A DNA stretch of 32,000 bases from Mesoplasma florum L1 (GCF_000008305.1 NC_006055.1:510001-542000); one strand, 5' to 3'; shown: positions 19,927 to 29,921, numbered from the stretch's first letter. Made by a program: numbers and translations. The notes: generated from the letters alone by a model not told the origin.

Positions 19927-20652
19927 CTAAAATACTTCTTTTCGATCATTAAATAAATATACTAATGATCCAATTCAGCTAAAGATATTAATTGATAATA
20001 CTGATGTAATTATAAATAGAATTTTAATTACTTTATTTTTAACTAACATTAATCTTCAAGCAAAGATAATGTTTAATAGATTAATTATAGTTACACTAGT
20101 TGAAACAATTACTATAATAAACATAATTTCATTAAAGTTATCTAACTTTAACTTTTTAATTAAATCTCTTAAGAAATCTAAATTAACATTATCAGGAATT
20201 TTAATTTCACCAAAGTCTAAGAAGTCATTAATTAATTTTACAAAATCATCTTTTGGTAATATTTGATTAAATAAATCCTTAACTTCTTGAGCCGATAGTG
20301 TTACAACTTCATTTTTAATTTTTACTGTTATATCACCTTTTAAGCTATCTAATACTTTTTGATAAATCTCTTCAGGATTAGTTTTATCTTTAACTGTTTG
20401 TATTGCATCATTGATCAATTTCTCTATATTAGTCTTTAAATCTTTTTCTAAATTATCAACTAAAGTTATAAAGTTTTCTTGACGTATATAAATAAAAATT
20501 AAGATAGAAATTAAAGAAAACATTATTAGTCCAATAATTGTAGTAGAAGAACCAAATAAGTTAAGTAGAATCCCATTCTTTCTACGTATGACTTTTTTAT
20601 TAAATTTCTTTTCCTCTTTTGAAGGTTTTTGCTTAATTACTTTTTCTTTCAT
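19927..20652 (-). CDS. Membrane protein with central helical region and C-terminal 2-TM module, 241 aa
   Basis: Track ORF 20056..20652 ends at a UGA. Table-4 reading continues ...IIVIVSTSVTIINLLNIIFAWRLMLVKNKVIK...SVLSINIFSWIGSLVYLFNDRKEVF to TAG at 19927. Confidence 0.75.
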
Positions 20653-20719
20653 TTAATAGTTTCCTTAATTCTAATTAACTTGATTTTACTTGTTTAAAAA
20701 ACAAAAGTAATGAAAATCA

Positions 20720-21476
20720 CTAATAATATGAATACAAAACAAAAAAACAGTAATTAAAAAACTGTTTTTTTATCATTAACCATAAATACCAACATTCCAA
20801 TTCATTTATAATATTGATTGATAATATTGAAGTAATAATAAATAAAGGTTTTGAAATTTTGCCTTTAACTACAATTAATCTTGAAGAAAAAATAATATTT
20901 AATAAATTAATAGCTGTTAATACTGCTGCAACTATTACTAAAAGAAAATCCATATTTTTAACTATATCTAAATCTAGTTTAACAATTACTGTATTTATAA
21001 ATTCTGCATTAACAGTTTCATGTAATTGTACAGAACCACCATTGTCTAGTGAATTTTGAATTACTTGTGTTAATGTTGTTTTATCAAATACAGTTCCAAA
21101 AACATCTTTTACTTGTTCAAGACTTAAATGTTTTTTACCAAAGTTTAATCCGTTATCTTGAATTAATAATATTATTTTATTATAGATTTCTTCAGCTGAT
21201 AAACCTTGTTGTGGATTAGCATCTCTTATTAATTGTTCTAAAGTATCTTGAATTTTTGTTTAAGTTAAATTATTTAATATTTCTAAATATTTATAATTAA
21301 TCCTACTTTTCTTCTTTTAACATTTTTATTAAATTTCTTTTACTTCTTTGTTTTTATTTACAATCTCAAATTTTTTTAGCTATTGGTTGAATAACTTTTT
21401 TAGTTGATTTTGTTGCTGGTTTTTTTGTCGTTGATTCTTTTGTGGTTTGTGCACTTGTTTTCTTAGTGTTTGCCAT
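20720..21476 (-). pseudogene. Frameshifted paralog of the 19927..20652 membrane protein
   Basis: N-terminal MANTKKTSAQTTKESTTKKPATKSTKK frame breaks at an A7 tract. The middle frame (LSLEQVKDVFGTVFDKTTLTQVIQNSLDNGGSVQLHETVNAEFINTVIVKLDLDIVK) runs into ...IWIFF*. The C-terminal module (FLLVIVAAVLTAINLLNIIFSSRLIVVKGKISK) is in another frame. Confidence 0.6.
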
Positions 21477-21515
21477 AAAAAATCCTATTTTCTATTTTTA
21501 AATTAAAATATAAAA

Positions 21516-21537
21516 AACTTACTATTTCTAGTAAGTT
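21516..21537 (-). terminator. Terminator-like hairpin at the end of the ABC permease gene
   Basis: AACTTACT-ATTTCT-AGTAAGTT overlapping the stop of the 21528..22379 CDS. Confidence 0.5.
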
Positions 21538-22379
21538 GCTTTACGATTTTGTAATGTTCATAATCAAATGAATAAAATGATAAATGCAATATTATATGCA
21601 TACCCTGCAAATATTAATCAGTTATTAGCATTTCATCAAAAACTTGACCCTGATGAAACTGATGGAATCATAAATAAAATTCAGCCAATTATACTTCGAT
21701 AAAAATTGTCTACTAATAATAACGGAATTAACGAAAAGTTAGCACTAACTAATAAATATTGAATGAAAAAGAAAGCGATAATAATAATTACTTTTATAGC
21801 TCCTTTTTTCGGTAAAGCTTGAATTAATACTGATAGTAATAAACCTAAGAAATAAGCTGATAGTACTTTTAATACTAAAGTTGCAAAGAATTGTAAATTC
21901 ATTAGTTCAATTACTTTAACTGACGAAATAGCTGTAGTTAAACCAAATATAATAATTATTATTAGAGTTGCTATAATTGCTTGTGCTATTAATAATATTG
22001 CATTATAGATTAAGCCAAAGTTTTTAATTTGGTATCTTTTGATTCCACCAAATAAGAATATACGGTTAACTTTTTTGCTTATATTATCATTAAGTGTGCT
22101 TTTCATACTTGTGATTGAAAAAACTAGCATTAAAGCACCAACTATCATCATAACAACACCCACTGTTAACTCTGTTTTATCTGGTTCATCAACTAAAGCC
22201 ATTTTAACAGCAACATAGCTTAATAAACTAATAGTTCCAATTAAAGCTATTGTAAATAAAGATAAAATTACAAAACCAGATTTGAAGCCATTAAAGAAGT
22301 TATATTTAAAATAAATAGCAAATTTATTTTTAGTAGGAAATTTTGCACTTAAATGCATTTTTTTATTATTTGATCTCAT
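21528..22379 (-). CDS. ABC transporter permease, 283 aa
   Basis: Multi-TM. Immediately follows the ATPase gene (starts 2 bp after it). The UGA=Trp reading extends the track ORF from 21681 to TAG at 21528. Confidence 0.8.
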
Positions 22380-22381
22380 AA

Positions 22382-23089
22382 TTAAAAATCCCCTATTTCA
22401 GTAAATTCATAAAATGATTTAAAGCTTTCTCTTAAATTTGATTTATGATCTTTAATATTTACATCTTTAACAATAGTGTTATCTTTAATAATTAATCCAC
22501 GATCACAAAATTTTTCAACTTCGTCTAGAATATGACTACAATAAATAATAGTTAAATCTTTTTCTTTTAATTTATCCATAATTTTTTCAAATAATTCTAC
22601 AGCAATTGGATCTAATCCTCTTGTTGGTTCATCAAAAATTAAAATTTCTTTATCTCCAGATATTGCTAAAATAATTTTTAATTTTTGTACCATACCAGAT
22701 GATAAACTACCAATTAATGAACTATCATTTAAATCAAATGCTAATACTTTAGCAAACATTTCAATGTTAGTGTTAAATTTTTCACTATTTTCTAATTCTT
22801 TAATATATCCTACATACTCAGATACACTTAATTTTTTAGGAATATCTAAATTAGCTGATATATAGCCAATTTTACTAATATCAAAATTCTTATCTGTTGA
22901 CTTAATACCATTAATAAGAATTTCACCTTTTCTTGGTAAGTGAAAACCTAATAATAGTTCAATAAAAGTTGTTTTACCAGCTCCATTAGGACCAACTAAA
23001 CCTATTTGTTCTTTATCAATAATAATATTTACACCTTTTAATCCTTTATTAGATGCAAACATTTTATCTACGTTTTTAAATTCAATCAT
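22382..23089 (-). CDS. ABC transporter ATP-binding protein, 235 aa
   Basis: Walker A GPNGAGKTT, signature-like LSSGMVQKLKI, Walker B ILIFDEPTRGLDP, switch His in YCSHILDEVE. Confidence 0.95.
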   Translation of the reverse strand: MIEFKNVDKMFASNKGLKGVNIIIDKEQIGLVGPNGAGKTTFIELLLGFHLPRKGEILINGIKSTDKNFDISKIGYISANLDIPKKLSVSEYVGYIKELENSEKFNTNIEMFAKVLAFDLNDSSLIGSLSSGMVQKLKIILAISGDKEILIFDEPTRGLDPIAVELFEKIMDKLKEKDLTIIYCSHILDEVEKFCDRGLIIKDNTIVKDVNIKDHKSNLRESFKSFYEFTEIGDF

Positions 23090-23138
23090 AAATAATACCT
23101 TTAACCTTATTTAAAATAGATTATAACTAAATATAAAA

Positions 23139-23163
23139 TAAAAAAGACCATATGGTCTTTTAA
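23139..23163 (-). terminator. Rho-independent terminator
   Basis: AAAAGACCATATGGTCTTTT palindrome with flanking A/T runs, between lipoprotein and ABC genes. Confidence 0.8.
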
Positions 23164-23192
23164 AAAATATTTAATTTAAGTATTTTTATAAA

Positions 23193-23795
23193 TTATTCAG
23201 CTAGCTGAGCAATAGTTAAAACTAATTGACCTTCAACTAACTCTGATGAATCGTTTGCTTTAATTGTAATTGTTCCTGTAGCTTCATTTGTTGCATCTAC
23301 TTTAGTAATTGTTACATCTTCAGCTTTTAAACCAGATAAACCTTCTACTTTAACTAATTCTGCAATTACAGCTAAGTCTTCAGTATCATTTTTTGCTACA
23401 AAATCAGTTAATTCAATTTTTGATAAATCTACTTTAGTAACTTCTGGATTAGTGTTTTCTTCTGTCCCTTTGTAAGTTACATTGTAAACAGTTTCACCAT
23501 CTTTGATTTTAGCACCTTTTAAAGTGATTCCTTCAACAGTTGCTTGTTCACTAACAGTTAAATCTTTATTCTTAGCTTTAAAAGCATCTAAAATAACTGC
23601 TGCATTAGTTTTACCCTCTTTATTTTTTGCATCTGCTTTGTATTGTTCTCTAATTGGTGTACCAGCAATTGTGATATCTCCCAACGCTAAAATAACTTTG
23701 TCCCCTGGATCTGTAGTATTGCTACATGAAACAGCAACTGAAGCTCCTGTTGCTGTTAAACCAACAGCTCCTAATATTGATAATAATTTTTTCAT
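23193..23795 (-). CDS. Lipoprotein, 200 aa
   Basis: MKKLLSILGAVGLTATGASVAVSCSNT: lipobox VAVSC. Contains a C-terminal ~85-aa domain. Confidence 0.9.
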   Translation of the reverse strand: MKKLLSILGAVGLTATGASVAVSCSNTTDPGDKVILALGDITIAGTPIREQYKADAKNKEGKTNAAVILDAFKAKNKDLTVSEQATVEGITLKGAKIKDGETVYNVTYKGTEENTNPEVTKVDLSKIELTDFVAKNDTEDLAVIAELVKVEGLSGLKAEDVTITKVDATNEATGTITIKANDSSELVEGQLVLTIAQLAE

Positions 23796-23891
23796 TATTT
23801 ATCCCCTTTTCTTATTAAATATTAAAAGCAAGAAAAATCTTACCTTGCATAAATTATAAAACTAAATTTTTTCAAATTGTGAGTTTGGAAT

Positions 23892-23939
23892 AAAAAAAAA
23901 AAAAAAAGCAAAATTTTGGAAAAAATTCTCAAAATTTTG
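23892..23939 (-). terminator. Hairpin with A16/T16 tract
   Basis: Minus strand CAAAATTTTG-N11-CAAAATTTTG-C-T16. The A16 occupies 23892-23907 on the + strand. Confidence 0.6.
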
Positions 23940-23958
23940 ATCTTTTTACTCTTTTTGG

Positions 23959-24711
23959 CTAAGTTATTGATAAAACAAAACGTTTATATTTAATACTTTG
24001 AATTAAGTTATTATTATAAACTAATCATAAATGTTGCAATGAAAATCAAACAAAGAAGGTTATTATTAAATACAATACATATAATCAAACTGAATTACCT
24101 ATAAATAAGTTTTGAAAGTCTACAAATGGATAAGGATATCTTCCTGTATTAAGGTTTTGTAAATATAACTCTCCCCTTATATATACATATGCTAAATAAC
24201 TTGCTGCATAGATAAATACAATGTAGATATCTCATTTCTTATAAAAGTTATATTCATATCTTTCATTGCCCATACTAAATTGATAGATAATAAATAATAA
24301 TATAGGACAAATTAAATGCGTTACTATGGTACAGATTATTTGATTAGTACCATAGTTAACTATACTATCTTCTCCAGACTTAACATAATATACTACACCC
24401 ATTCAAAATATTAAAAATACTAACATATTTAAATTCATAATAGCCATTCTAAAACGATCAGTTAATATTCCATGCTTTTCTTTTTTATCAAAATTAATGA
24501 TATAGATAATTAATCAAACTATTGTCATAATATTAACTTGCACTGAAAAGAAACTCATTAAGATATCATAATTTGTAAATGCATTTTTACTATATCAATA
24601 TTCAACAAAGCTTGAAAGGTAAAATCCTCAGCATAAAAAACCTATAAATAGTAGACAAGCTATTAAATGATAATATCAAATTCAATTTTTATAATATGGT
24701 TTTGTTTTCAT
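23959..24711 (-). CDS. Multi-TM membrane protein, 250 aa (possibly Pr6Pr-like)
   Basis: Absent from the ORF track because it is rich in UGA-Trp. Table-4 reading from ATG 24711 (MKTKPYYKNWIWYYH...GFLCWGFYLSSFVEYWYSKNAFTNYDILMSFFSVQVNIMTIVWLIIYIINFDKKEKHG...) to TAG at 23959. Confidence 0.75.
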
Positions 24712-24790
24712 ACTATAATTTAATCATAAAAAAACAAAAGACTATAGTGAGTCTTTTGAACTTATTATTAAAGTTAAATAAATTTTGCAT

Positions 24791-25627
24791 TTAAACATTT
24801 ATAGTTGTATTAAAGTAATATTTAAGCATTACACTACCTTGATAATATTCATCATTATCATCAACATTTATAATTACATAAAAAAGATTTGGTTCTACTT
24901 CTTCTTTATAAATAACAAATAATCTATTTATAAGTTGTGGTACTAATTTATAAACACTATTTAAGATTCCTTCATCAGTATTTTCTTCAACTTGAATAAA
25001 ACTTCCTTCTTCTATTAAAGAATTAATTTCAATTTGAAATTTTGGTATTTCTTCTTCTTTATAAATAGTTATGTTGATAATAACATTACCTTGATATATT
25101 GGATCTTTATCATATACAGATAAATTTCATTCTAATTCAGTTAATCTTTCAAGTAGTAAATTAGTAGAAATTAATTCGGGATAAATTTCTTTAATTTTGT
25201 TTAAGATATTTAATTCATTTAGTTCACTATTTTCATCTAATATAATGTTTTTGTCTAAAACTATATCAATCAATTCTTTTTTAACTGATGGTAATTTTGG
25301 TATCTCTTCATTTTTAATTAAACTAAACTCTTTAAAACCTTCATAGTATAAATCATTATCATCAACATGGACTTCTCACTCTAGTTCAAAGGAAACTAGT
25401 TTTAATTTACAATCATTTAATTTTGGATATGCTACTTTTATTGCGTTTAAAATATTATCTTTATTTATTTCCATTCAATAAGGTATCTCAATATAATTGT
25501 CAGTAAATATTGTTTTTATATCAGTTTTTACAATTATTGGTATCTCTTTTGTGTCACAACTAATTACTATTGTTGATGTACACATTGTTAAAGTTAAACC
25601 TGTTAATAAATTAAGTAATTTTTTCAT
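24791..25627 (-). CDS. Lipoprotein, 278 aa
   Basis: MKKLLNLLTGLTLTMCTSTIVISCDTK (lipobox VISC), RBS AAAGGA upstream. UGA=Trp extends it to TAA at 24791. Confidence 0.85.
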
Positions 25628-25684
25628 AAACTTTCCTTTGTGAGGTGTTACCCTCAACTTCATTTTATGACTTAAAAATAAATA

Positions 25685-25708
25685 AAAAAATGGTTTTAAA
25701 CCATTTTG
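25685..25708 (-). terminator. Rho-independent terminator
   Basis: Minus strand AAAATGGTTTAAAACCATTTTTTTATTT. Confidence 0.75.
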
Positions 25709-26476
25709 TTAAATATATAATTCTATAATACATTCACCATAATAAAGCACTTCATTTGAATCTATAATAATTGATCAATGAGATTTGTCTAATTTAATCG
25801 CTGACATTTTAATATTATTTAATTCAGGATAGCTATTTCTAATTAACTTTAAAACTAATATCTCGTGTGTGTTTAAAGTTGTTACTTTAAACTCTTTTTG
25901 ATTTATGACTTCTTGTATATCTTTAACAATGAAAACTTTTAATATTAAATAGCCATCATAATTTTCATCACTTGTTTCAGCTAATATTTTTCAAGTATTA
26001 TTATATTTCTCACAAATTAAATTAGCATTTTCTAAAATAGGGTTATTCTTTTTAAAATTGTAAATTATCGTATCTGGATTTTCTTCTGCTAATTTTAAAT
26101 AAATGTTTGGATAAAAGATATTGATATTAGTTTTTTGTTTTATTTCTATTTGTATAAAACCAATGTAAATATTCTCATTTAAACTGGTTAAGAAATATTC
26201 TTCATTTTTAATTACAGATAATTCATTTCAATCTATGTTAATTTCTTTATTTAAAAAAATGAACTTTTCTAATATTAATTTTTCATTGAGTTCTTCATCA
26301 CTTAATAATACAACTTTTGTTATTAAATCTAAAGACTTTAAGTCTATTGGTTCATTGTTAATTTCTGGTTGTTCAATATTATTTTTATCATAATCATTAG
26401 TAGTACAAGCAACCAGACTACTAATTACAATTGTTGAAAGACTAATTCCTGTTATAAATAGTAATAATTTTTTCAT
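25709..26476 (-). CDS. Lipoprotein, 255 aa, related to the 24791..25627 product
   Basis: MKKLLLFITGISLSTIVISSLVACTTN (lipobox LVAC), to TAA at 25709 with UGA=Trp. Confidence 0.85.
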
Positions 26477-26562
26477 AATTTTATTCCTTTATACTTTCTA
26501 ATTGTTATTAAGTATTAGAAAAGCAAAAAAGCAATTAATATAATGATTTTTATTTTTAAATA

Positions 26563-26591
26563 AAAAAGAACCTTACAGTAAGTAAAGTTCC
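26563..26591 (-). terminator. Terminator of the five-gene block
   Basis: Minus strand GAACTTTAC-TTACT-GTAAGGTTC-TTTTTT (one wobble). Confidence 0.7.
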
Positions 26592-26622
26592 TTAAATATA
26601 TTTTTTCAGTATAAAGTACAAA

Positions 26623-26850
26623 TTAAGCTTTTAATAATTCTTGAGGTGTTGTTTCAAGTCCTTCAATAAGTTTTTGTAAAATTTTAATTGTTATATTTCT
26701 TCTTCCTCTTTCAAAATCAGAAATATAATTTTTTGAAATGCCACATCTAAAGCCTAATTCTTCTTGAGTTAAACCTTTACTAGATCTAATCTTTCTTAAA
26801 TTAGCTGCAATAATCAAAATTAAATCGTCTTCACCACTATACTTTTTCAT
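26623..26850 (-). CDS. XRE/Cro-CI-type HTH regulator, 75 aa
   Basis: LRKIRSSKGLTQEELGFRCGISKNYISDFERGRRNITIKILQKLIEGLETTPQELL. Confidence 0.93.
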   Translation of the reverse strand: MKKYSGEDDLILIIAANLRKIRSSKGLTQEELGFRCGISKNYISDFERGRRNITIKILQKLIEGLETTPQELLKA

Positions 26851-27970
26851 TATTTAAACTTTCTCTTAAACCTTTTAAAGATTTAAACTTGATTGTCTTA
26901 CGTGAAGGAACCATTTTTAATTCACCAGTTTTCATATCTTTCATTGTTGTTTCATCTACAAAAACAGTTGAAAACTTAGCAAAATTATTAATTTTGATTT
27001 CTGAACCTTCATTAACTAAATTGTTTTCCATTAATTCAAATAAACTATCAACAATTTTTTTAATTTTAACTTTTGTCAATTTATTTTCATTATTTGAAAA
27101 AATTGAATTAACCAAATCATTTTTTGTTACCTTATTTTTTCTTATTACGGGCTTTTTTTGATTTATTTTACCTGCCTCAACAACATCAATATTTTCTGAT
27201 TGTTTTTTTTCATTAATTTGATTTATATTTTCATTTTCAGTAATTTTAATTTCTCCGTCTGTTGAAGCATCTTTAAAATTAAGATATTGATATTCAACTT
27301 TTCTTAATTCATTACCTATTTTTTTCATAAATAGAATTAATTCTTTTTTAGTCATTTCTTCTAAAACTACATCATCAACTTCTATATTATTTAAAATTGC
27401 GTAATTTCTAATTTTATAAGCATTTTTAACTAACTCACTTAAATTTTCTTTGATTAAAACTGATCCATCTGTTTTTGCTCTTTGTTGTAACAAAGTCAAA
27501 TCGTTATCACTTTCATTATTAATTTCTTCAAAAAATGTTTTGTCTTCCTCAAAATGAGGATATAAATCAATATCAGGATTTTCAACTTCTAATACTATTT
27601 CAGTTTCAACTTTTTGATTTTTTATTGAAGCTTTAAAATCTTTTTTTGCTTTTTTTGCTTTTTTGTTTTTAAATTTAATAATTAGAACAATTCAAGTAAG
27701 TACTAAAATAGGTAAAACTATTAGCAAAATAATATTCGATATATAATCAATTAAATTTGGCAAACTTAGATCTGTTGGGGGAATTATTCCAATAGTTTTA
27801 AATGCATCTAAAATATCCGTATTATTTACTAATGCATTTACTATTTTCATTAAAAAGAAAATAACTATTGTAATTAATACAGAAAACGCCAAGCTTACTT
27901 TAATTACATTACTTTTTGATTTTTTTAAAAAATTATTTTTTTGCTTTTTATTTTTTTCTTGTTTTTCCAT
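26837..27970 (-). CDS. Two-TM membrane protein fused to a C-terminal HU/IHF-family DNA-binding domain, 377 aa
   Basis: Track ORFs 27692..28021 and 26837..27499 share a frame and join through a UGA (Trp) at 27692. Start ATG 27970 has AGAAAGGA upstream. C-terminus VTKNDLVNSIFSNNENKLTKVKIKKIVDSLFELMENNLVNEGSEIKINNFAKFSTVFV...MKTGELKMVPSRKTIKFKSLKGLRESLN is HU-like. Confidence 0.8.
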
Positions 27971-27991
27971 TAGTATCCTTTCTAAATACAA

Positions 27992-28018
27992 AACCCTTCT
28001 TTTATTTAAAGAAGGGTT
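27992..28018. terminator. Intra-block hairpin, possible attenuator/partial terminator
   Basis: AACCCTTCTTT-loop-AAAGAAGGGTT between the 78-aa gene and the TM-HU gene. Confidence 0.6.
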
Positions 28019-28047
28019 CAAAGTTATTTTTGATAAACCATTTCTTA

Positions 28048-28284
28048 TTATAAATTTATTCGATTTATAATATCTTCTAAATCATTAATCAATTTATTTA
28101 ATTGTGAGTTAATCATTTCAGCATCTGATATAGAAATTCTAAATTCACCTAATTTAAGTAAATTTTTATTTGAACTAACTTCATTAATTAAATTTTTACT
28201 TAATTGTTTTTTAAATTTAATTAAATCTTCTAAATTAGTTTCTACATCATGACCACTAAAAAATTTTTTAATTTGTTCTGTCAT
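28048..28284 (-). CDS. Small helical protein, 78 aa
   Basis: MTEQIKKFFSGHDVETNLEDLIKFKKQLSKNLINEVSSNKNLLKLGEFRISISDAEMINSQLNKLINDLEDIINRINL. No signal peptide or TM. Confidence 0.65.
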   Translation of the reverse strand: MTEQIKKFFSGHDVETNLEDLIKFKKQLSKNLINEVSSNKNLLKLGEFRISISDAEMINSQLNKLINDLEDIINRINL

Positions 28285-28303
28285 AATCTTTTATCTTTCT
28301 ATT

Positions 28304-29896
28304 TTAATCAACTACAGCAATTTCTTGAAGTAGAACATTTAATGTTCTATTTGCAGCTTTATATGTACCATTACTGTTTTTTGTTAAAAATACTGCGTAA
28401 TAACTAGTATTTTGAGTATTTTCAATAGTTGTTCTAGTCAATGCGTTGCTTGAAGAAACAAACTCATCTATTGATTTAGTTTGCCCTAAAACGCTCTCAA
28501 TATTATTATTTAAGTTTTCTTGAGTTTTATCAAAGAATAAAACTTCATCAACTTTAAATAAACTTTCACTTGCATCAGAACCATAGTTAAATGCAGTTGT
28601 ATTCGTAAAGTAATAACTGTTAACAGATTCACTTATTTTTTTGTCTTTATCATCACCAGTAAAAATATTTAAACTTTTTACAAATTCTTTTTGTTGAAGT
28701 TTATCATTATCTTGGTTTCATTCATTAGTAATTTGTTGATTTGATAAATATTCTTTTTGAATTTTACTTGTTGTGTTAACATTTTTATCAAACTGAATAA
28801 ATTGTGGTTCAATGTATTTATTACCTTTACTTGTCAAGACATGTCATTTTAAAGGATTTGATTGTATTTTTAAAATTTCAATCTCTGTTTTTATTTTATA
28901 TTGTTCACTTTCAATTACTTCTTTTGAAAATTCATAACCAACATTTGGTTTTAAATTGACACTAACTTGATTTGTTCAATAAATTGAATCAATATTTGTT
29001 TCATTTTCAGTTATTCCTGAATCAGTAATACTATCAATTGCAATTTGTTCGTTTGCTAAAATTTCTTTTTGTTGAGTTAAAAGCTTATCATGAAAATCAT
29101 TATAATCGCTAAATTTTTCGTTTTTAATTCAATCATTGATTGATTTTGTTGCTTCAGTTATAACAGTGTCTTCTATAATAACTGCATCTACAATTGTTCC
29201 TTGACATGTAAATTTTTTATCTTCCTCAGTAACTTCATCTTCAAATTCATAGTATCCATCATCATTATTTTTAATTCCAATTGTTCCACTTATTTCAAAT
29301 TTTGTAAGTTTTGGAATTGATGGATCAGTTGGCTGAGTTGAATCAAGAATTGTTACTGTAATAGTTTTAAAAACTAATCCTTCAGCTGGAGTGCCTGGAA
29401 TATTTGCATTTGGTACAAATGTACTTCTAACAGCATTTTCACTTTTGAAATAAATTGTATCTAAAAAGCTTTGTAACGCTGTTATAGTTGTGGCCAATTC
29501 TTGTTGACTTATTTTTTTCTTAGGTGCTGGTTTGTTTCCACCAAAGTTATAAATTAAAGTTATTGAGCCTGTATATTTGTAACCATTTTTTGAAGTACCA
29601 TTACCAGTAAATACAATACTTTGTTGTTTATTGGTAATTGTTCCTTCTTTTATTTCATCACTAGCTTTTACACTAATTCCACCAGCTTCATCAACCTTTT
29701 GATTAACAAGTTCTGCTTCTAGTTCATCATTAGTTCAAGGCTCTTGATCATTTTCTTTACTATGCAATATTATAGTCAAAAATCTTTCAATTGAATCAAT
29801 ATTTTGTTTTTCCGCTTTAGTAGAACATGATACAGCAATCGTTGATGCTGAACTTGTAACTACTAAAGATGATAACACTAATAATAATTTTTTCAT
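28304..29896 (-). CDS. Lipoprotein, 530 aa
   Basis: Signal MKKLLLVLSLLVVTSSASTIAVSCSTK, start 29894-29896, TAA at 28304, in frame with the track ORF 29129..29497. Confidence 0.85.
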
Positions 29897-29921
29897 TTTC
29901 AGCTTCCTCTCTTATTTTTAA

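Noticed and set aside
22382-23089. ABC transporter as the exporter for the GG-leader peptide at 7.3 kb
   Set aside because: The ATPase has no C39 peptidase domain, is paired with a separate permease, and lies ~15 kb away.
23503-23859. + strand ORF of 118 aa
   Set aside because: Antisense to a well-supported lipoprotein gene with RBS, lipobox and terminator.
23892-23907. A16 tract as a direct promoter spacer (vlp-type -35/-10 spacing switch)
   Set aside because: The nearest TATAAT-like -10 is ~33 nt further downstream and the tract directly abuts a hairpin, so a terminator U-tract is the simpler primary reading. An indirect phase-variation effect is kept as a hypothesis.
26889-27161. + strand ORF of 90 aa
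   Set aside because: Antisense to the HU-like domain, which is strongly supported.
27692-28021. MNPSLNKRRVLYLERIL... as the true N-terminus of the TM-HU protein
   Set aside because: That start lies across the 27992-28018 hairpin. The internal ATG at 27970 has a good AGAAAGGA ribosome-binding site.
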